Below, piece by piece: positions 7,001 to 11,023 of a DNA stretch of 11,023 bases. Both the position numbers and the translations under genes were made by a program. Origin of the DNA: Nitrospinota bacterium (GTDB lineage Bacteria > UBA8248). Below the pieces are notes generated by a model. It was not told where the DNA came from, ran no database searches, and saw nothing but the letters and a program-made list of their open reading frames with translations. The stretch lies in contig JASLZZ010000136.1 in assembly GCA_030754595.1 (NCBI GenBank), positions 1 to 11,023 of the forward strand, read 5' to 3'. The number at the start of each line of letters is the position of its first letter. The stretch's first letter is position 1.

Positions 7001-7867
7001 TTGCGGGGATTCGACTTTGTAACTCCAACCACGGTACCGGCCGCACTCAAGGCGGCCAAAGGCAAGAAATATAAGTTCATCGCCGGCGGCACCAACTTCA
7101 TGCCCGACCTCCGGCACGATCACAGCGGCGGAATAAAGCTGGTGATCGACCTCATGCGCATCAAAACACTGAAGGGAATTTCCGCCTCCAAGGGGACAGT
7201 CAAGCTCGGCGCCCTCACAACCGTAACCGACCTCCTGAAGAGCCGCCTGATCGCCCGTGAAGCGCCTATTCTCACGGCCATGGCCGCCAAATTCGCCGGC
7301 CCCATCATCCGGAACCGGGCGACTGTCGCCGGCAACCTCATCGACGGAGGCCCGGCCGCCGACATCGTTCCTTCCCTTCTGGCCCTGAAGGCAGCCGTCA
7401 AGCTCGCCGGCCCCAAGGGAAGACGGACGGTCGCCCTCGATAAATTCCTCACCGGATACCGCACAACCGACATCAATCCGTGCGAGATCATTACGGAAGT
7501 CACTTTCCCCTCCCCCGGGAAAAACCACCTTCATGGCTTCTACAAACTCGCCCGGCGGAATGCGATGGCGATTACGGTCGTTGGCGCCGCGGTGGTGTTG
7601 AGGATGAAGGGAGACACCTGCCAGGAGGCGGGAATCTCGCTGGGCTCGGTGGCGCCCGTTCCCGTCCGATGCTACGAGGCGGAAAAGATTCTCGAGGGAG
7701 AAGCGATTACGCTCGATCTGACCCAAAAGGCCGCCGAAGCCTGCGCCGCCACCGCATCTCCAATCGACGACATCCGCGCTTCGGCCGAATACCGTCAAAT
7801 GATGTGCGAGGTCCTGCCGCGACGCCTGATATGCCAGGCGGCCGGGATTTCGATAGACCACAACTAA
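7001..7867 (+). CDS. Xanthine/CO dehydrogenase-family FAD-binding medium subunit (CoxM/CutM-like)
   Basis: FIAGGTNFM, LGALTT, IRNRATVAGNL, PAAD, EIITEV, KLARRNAMAI and PIDDIRASAEYR. TTG start with GGGGTG SD. Confidence 0.93.
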   Translation: MRGFDFVTPTTVPAALKAAKGKKYKFIAGGTNFMPDLRHDHSGGIKLVIDLMRIKTLKGISASKGTVKLGALTTVTDLLKSRLIAREAPILTAMAAKFAGPIIRNRATVAGNLIDGGPAADIVPSLLALKAAVKLAGPKGRRTVALDKFLTGYRTTDINPCEIITEVTFPSPGKNHLHGFYKLARRNAMAITVVGAAVVLRMKGDTCQEAGISLGSVAPVPVRCYEAEKILEGEAITLDLTQKAAEACAATASPIDDIRASAEYRQMMCEVLPRRLICQAAGISIDHN

Positions 7868-7906
7868 TTTACGCTTCTTACTTTTTTTCAGGAGGATAGG
7901 CCAAAA

Positions 7907-8149
7907 ATGGCAGCCGCGACCAGAAAGAAAGCAAAGGCAAAGAAAAAGGCAGCAACCAAAAAGAAAGCCGTACGCAAGAACGCCGCGAAGAAAAAAACCG
8001 CCAAGAAAAAGACAGCAAAAAAAGCGGTGAAGAAAAAAGCGGCAAAAAAGAAAGTCGCGAAGAAGAAGGTTGCAAAGAAAAAATCCGCCTCGAAATCCAA
8101 GCGGAAAAGATCGAGCGCCCGGAAATCGGCTGCCTATCGCCCGCCCGCC
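7907..8149 (+). repeat. Degenerate coding repeat (xAKKK pentapeptides)
   Basis: AAKKK TAKKK TAKK AVKKK AAKKK VAKKK VAKKK, with synonymous codons varying between units. Confidence 0.85.
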
Positions 8150-8617
8150 AAGCATTCGATCTCATTCACGGTCAACGGCGCGCAGGTCGAAACCGAGGTC
8201 TCCGCGCATACATCCTTGCTCTATCTGCTTCGCGATCTCGGCTTCACCGAGGTGAAGAACGGCTGCGAGGCCGGCGACTGCGGCGCCTGCACCATCATGC
8301 TCGACGGCGTCGCCGTCAACGCCTGCTGCATGCTGGGCGTCCAGGCAAACGGCCGGAAAATCGAAACCGTCAAGGGTATCGGCACCGTCGATAACCTCCA
8401 TCCGATCCAGGAAAAATTCATCGAACTCGGCGGCATCCAATGCGGATTCTGCACGCCAGGCATGATCGTGGCCGCTAAGGCCCTTCTGGACGATAATCCG
8501 TCGCCCACCCGCGAGGAGGTCAAGGTGGGGATATCTGGAAATCTATGCCGCTGCACGGGATATGTGAAAATAATTGACTCCATCGAAGCGGCCGCGGCCG
8601 ATATGGCTTCCAAATAA
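7907..8617 (+). CDS. 2x[2Fe-2S] small subunit (CoxS/CutS-like) with an N-terminal Lys/Ala-rich histone-H1-like extension
   Basis: FTVNG, GCEAGDCGACT, NACC, QCGFCTPG and GNLCRCTGY. SD AGGAGG at 7890-7895. The first 81 aa are low-complexity and basic. Confidence 0.93.
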   Translation: MAAATRKKAKAKKKAATKKKAVRKNAAKKKTAKKKTAKKAVKKKAAKKKVAKKKVAKKKSASKSKRKRSSARKSAAYRPPAKHSISFTVNGAQVETEVSAHTSLLYLLRDLGFTEVKNGCEAGDCGACTIMLDGVAVNACCMLGVQANGRKIETVKGIGTVDNLHPIQEKFIELGGIQCGFCTPGMIVAAKALLDDNPSPTREEVKVGISGNLCRCTGYVKIIDSIEAAAADMASK

Positions 8618-8629
8618 AGGAAGGAAAAC

Positions 8630-9583
8630 GTGACACCATCACAATCGGGCGGCGTAAAGCGCCGCAAGACTCGCGAGTTCGATTTTTCATCGGCAGAAGC
8701 CGTTCAGGAGAGCATCCGGCAAAACGATTACATCGCTGACAAGACCCTCGCGACCACCCTGTTTCTCGCCATGAAACTCGAAAAACCGCTTTTCCTCGAA
8801 GGCGAGGCCGGGGTCGGCAAGACCGAACTCGCCAAAGTGCTTGCCACGCTCCTCGACACCGAACTCATCCGCCTTCAGTGCTATGAGGGCCTCGACTCCA
8901 ACTCGGCCCTCTACGAGTGGAACTACGCCAAGCAACTGCTTCACATCAAGATGGAGGAGGGAAGCGAGGGCGACGCCAAGCAGATCGAGAAGGACATATT
9001 CTCCGAGGAATACCTCATCGAGCGTCCCCTCCTTCGCGCCCTTGTTCGTTCGAAGGAAAAACCGGCGGTCCTCCTCATCGATGAAATCGACCGCTCGGAC
9101 GAGGAGTTCGAGGCGTTCCTGCTGGAAATTCTCTCGGACTTCCAAATCACGATCCCCGAGATGGGAACGATCAAAGCCGCCCGAAATCCGGTCGTTGTCC
9201 TGACCAGCAACCGGACCCGGGAAATTCACGACGCCCTCAAGCGCCGCTGCCTCTACCTGTGGGTGGATTACCCCGCCTTCGAAAAAGAGGTCGAGATCGT
9301 TACGACCAAGGTCCCCGACGCGCCCATCAAGCTCGCCGAACAAATTTGCCGCTTCATGTGCCAGGCCCGGACGATGGATTTCTACAAGCGGCCCGGCGTC
9401 GCCGAGACCCTCGACTGGGCGCAGGCGCTGCTCGCTCTCCACAAGGACGAACTCGACGCGAATTCGGTCCGTGAGACCCTCGGCTGCATCTTGAAGTACC
9501 AGGACGATATCAAGCGCATCGAGGAAAACGGTATCGAGAGTATGGTCGCCACGGCACACCTTTCACCAGAGGTGGGGGTCTAA
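8630..9583 (+). CDS. coxD: MoxR-family AAA+ ATPase, CoxD-like
   Basis: Walker A GEAGVGKT; IRLQCYEGLD...LYEWNYAKQLL; Walker B VLLIDEIDRSDEEFEAFLLE; TSNRTREIHDALKRRC; KRPGVAETLDWA. GTG start with AAGGAAGGA SD. Confidence 0.93.
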   Translation: MTPSQSGGVKRRKTREFDFSSAEAVQESIRQNDYIADKTLATTLFLAMKLEKPLFLEGEAGVGKTELAKVLATLLDTELIRLQCYEGLDSNSALYEWNYAKQLLHIKMEEGSEGDAKQIEKDIFSEEYLIERPLLRALVRSKEKPAVLLIDEIDRSDEEFEAFLLEILSDFQITIPEMGTIKAARNPVVVLTSNRTREIHDALKRRCLYLWVDYPAFEKEVEIVTTKVPDAPIKLAEQICRFMCQARTMDFYKRPGVAETLDWAQALLALHKDELDANSVRETLGCILKYQDDIKRIEENGIESMVATAHLSPEVGV

Positions 9584-9605
9584 TCCGGGCCACCGAAAAT
9601 TTGCC

Positions 9606-10874
9606 ATGACCATTCGTCCCGTCGTTACAGGCTCCCTCCCCCACCGAAAAATCAGGATTCCCGGACAAGGGCTCCAGGGAGAGATCATCGGTTTCTGCCG
9701 GGTTCTTCGCCGCGGCGGGCTCAAAATCACCTCGGGTCGCATTATTGATGTTTTCAGGTCCTTCGAGCATCTCGAAGTCACCAACCTCGACTACTTATAT
9801 GCGGCAACGCGCTCCAACCTGTTATCGAGCCACGAGGAAATACCCCTGTTCGATGCGGTATTCCGGCAGTATTGGTTCGACGAGCAGGGAAATCCCTACA
9901 GCGGCGACAACAGCGAATCCATGGGCGACATTTTCGACGAAGACATCCCCGAAGGCGCGGGCGAGGAGGGGGCCGGCGGCGAGAAGAGCGAGGACGCCGA
10001 AAATCAAGACCAAAAAGAAGGCCAGGAAAGCTCCGGGCTTCCCACCGAAGAAGAAGACTCGGCCTCGAGCGAGGCGGGCGACGCCGATGAAGACGAGGAA
10101 GGAACTCCCTCCTACAGCCCGGCCGAAGTGCTCGGCGCGAAGGATTTTTCCACCTTCGACGCCGACCAAATTGCCGATCTCCGCCGCCTCATCCAGAAAA
10201 TCGTCCCCAAGCTCGCGACAAAGATCAGCCGGCGCAAAAAAAACGACCTTCGCGCCAGGGACATCGACCTCAAAAGAAGTGTCAAGCGGAGCATACAAAC
10301 CGGGGGCGAAGTCCTTCGCCTCTTTCGAAGGAAGCGAAAAATCCAGAAAACCCAGATTATCCTTATCTGCGACGTTTCGGGGTCGATGGACAGCTACAGC
10401 CAGTTCCTGATTCAGTTCCTCTACAGCCTGCAAAATGAGATCAAGTCGCTGCGCACCTTTGTCTTCAGCACCAGGCTGAGCGACGCCACCCCCTACCTCC
10501 GCCACAAGGACGTCAAATTCGCCCTGCAGCGCCTCGCCAACGAAGTACACGACTGGAGCGGGGGCACGCAGATCGGAAACTGCATCCGAACTTTTAATGT
10601 CGACTACGGGAGAACCATCGTCAACAGCCGGACGATCATATTGATCATTTCGGACGGCTGGGATCGGGGCGACACCGAAATCCTCGGCGAGGAAATGGAC
10701 CGGCTGACCAAAAAATGCCACCGCCTGATCTGGCTCAACCCTCTCCTGGGAAGCCCCGGCTACCGGCCCATCGACCGGGGAATGCGGACCGCCCTCCCCT
10801 ACTGCGACGACTTCATGTCAGCGCACAATCTCGACAGTCTTGTCTCCATGACCGAGCATATCTCCACAATTTAA
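9606..10874 (+). CDS. coxE: VWA domain protein, CoxE-like
   Basis: MIDAS DVSGSM, FVFSTRL, DWSGGTQIG, IISDGWDRGD, LIWLNPL and HNLDSL. Follows the CoxD-like gene. Confidence 0.92.
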   Translation: MTIRPVVTGSLPHRKIRIPGQGLQGEIIGFCRVLRRGGLKITSGRIIDVFRSFEHLEVTNLDYLYAATRSNLLSSHEEIPLFDAVFRQYWFDEQGNPYSGDNSESMGDIFDEDIPEGAGEEGAGGEKSEDAENQDQKEGQESSGLPTEEEDSASSEAGDADEDEEGTPSYSPAEVLGAKDFSTFDADQIADLRRLIQKIVPKLATKISRRKKNDLRARDIDLKRSVKRSIQTGGEVLRLFRRKRKIQKTQIILICDVSGSMDSYSQFLIQFLYSLQNEIKSLRTFVFSTRLSDATPYLRHKDVKFALQRLANEVHDWSGGTQIGNCIRTFNVDYGRTIVNSRTIILIISDGWDRGDTEILGEEMDRLTKKCHRLIWLNPLLGSPGYRPIDRGMRTALPYCDDFMSAHNLDSLVSMTEHISTI

Positions 10875-10991
10875 TTGCCTTACACCACCTTTACATAAGC
10901 ACCAATCTTTTCCTCCCTTCCCTCCGGCCACATAATCGGCTATATAATCTGCCCCAACCTTCCGAATGACTCGGTGAGGAGAGCGGACCCG

Positions 10992-11023
10992 ATGGCAAAC
11001 TTATTGATCTACACCGCCGACAA
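10992..11023 (+). CDS. Start of an unidentified gene (MANLLIYTAD...; partial)
   Basis: ATG at 10992 after GGTGAGGAG SD; TATAAT at 10943-10948; frame open to the window edge. Too short to assign a product. Confidence 0.5.
   Translation, partial: MANLLIYTAD

Noticed and set aside
6872..10721. Long antisense ORFs (6872-8155, 7888-8100, 8687-9559, 9822-10721) and other alternative-frame ORFs
   Set aside because: They are shadows of well-supported genes in high-GC DNA; the Phe-rich ones are simply the reverse complement of the Lys repeat.
7001..10874. Aerobic CO dehydrogenase call
   Set aside because: No CoxL is present to check the active-site motif, and the FAD subunit has AGGTN, so the substrate cannot be assigned.
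1..11023. CRISPR array, tRNA or rRNA genes
   Set aside because: No regularly spaced repeats or recognisable structural RNA seen; nearly all sequence is explained by protein-coding genes.

Overview
GC-rich bacterial window with three blocks. (1) Left end: an IS5-family (IS427/IS1031-like) element, missed by the ORF track, has inserted at a CTAG site. It truncates an NMT1/SsuA-type ABC substrate-binding protein gene that lies divergent from an HxlR-family regulator. (2) A tightly coupled minus-strand six-gene operon: mtaB, DUF62 SAM hydrolase, a DsbA/FrnE-like thioredoxin-fold protein, an S58 (DmpA/NylC/ThnT-like) hydrolase, an MFS transporter and a Rid protein lacking the catalytic Arg. The DsbA-like gene's true start is upstream of the called ORF, and an in-frame TGA sits exactly at the first Cys of its CPWC motif (UPWC), so it is a probable selenoprotein. 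(3) A divergent plus-strand molybdenum hydroxylase cluster: CoxM-like FAD subunit, CoxS-like 2x[2Fe-2S] subunit, CoxD-like AAA+ ATPase and CoxE-like VWA protein, with no large Mo subunit. The small subunit carries an unusual 81-aa histone-H1-like Lys/Ala tail and the VWA protein carries a similarly long polyacidic linker. A further gene starts at the right edge. All calls come from motif recognition by eye; no searches were run.
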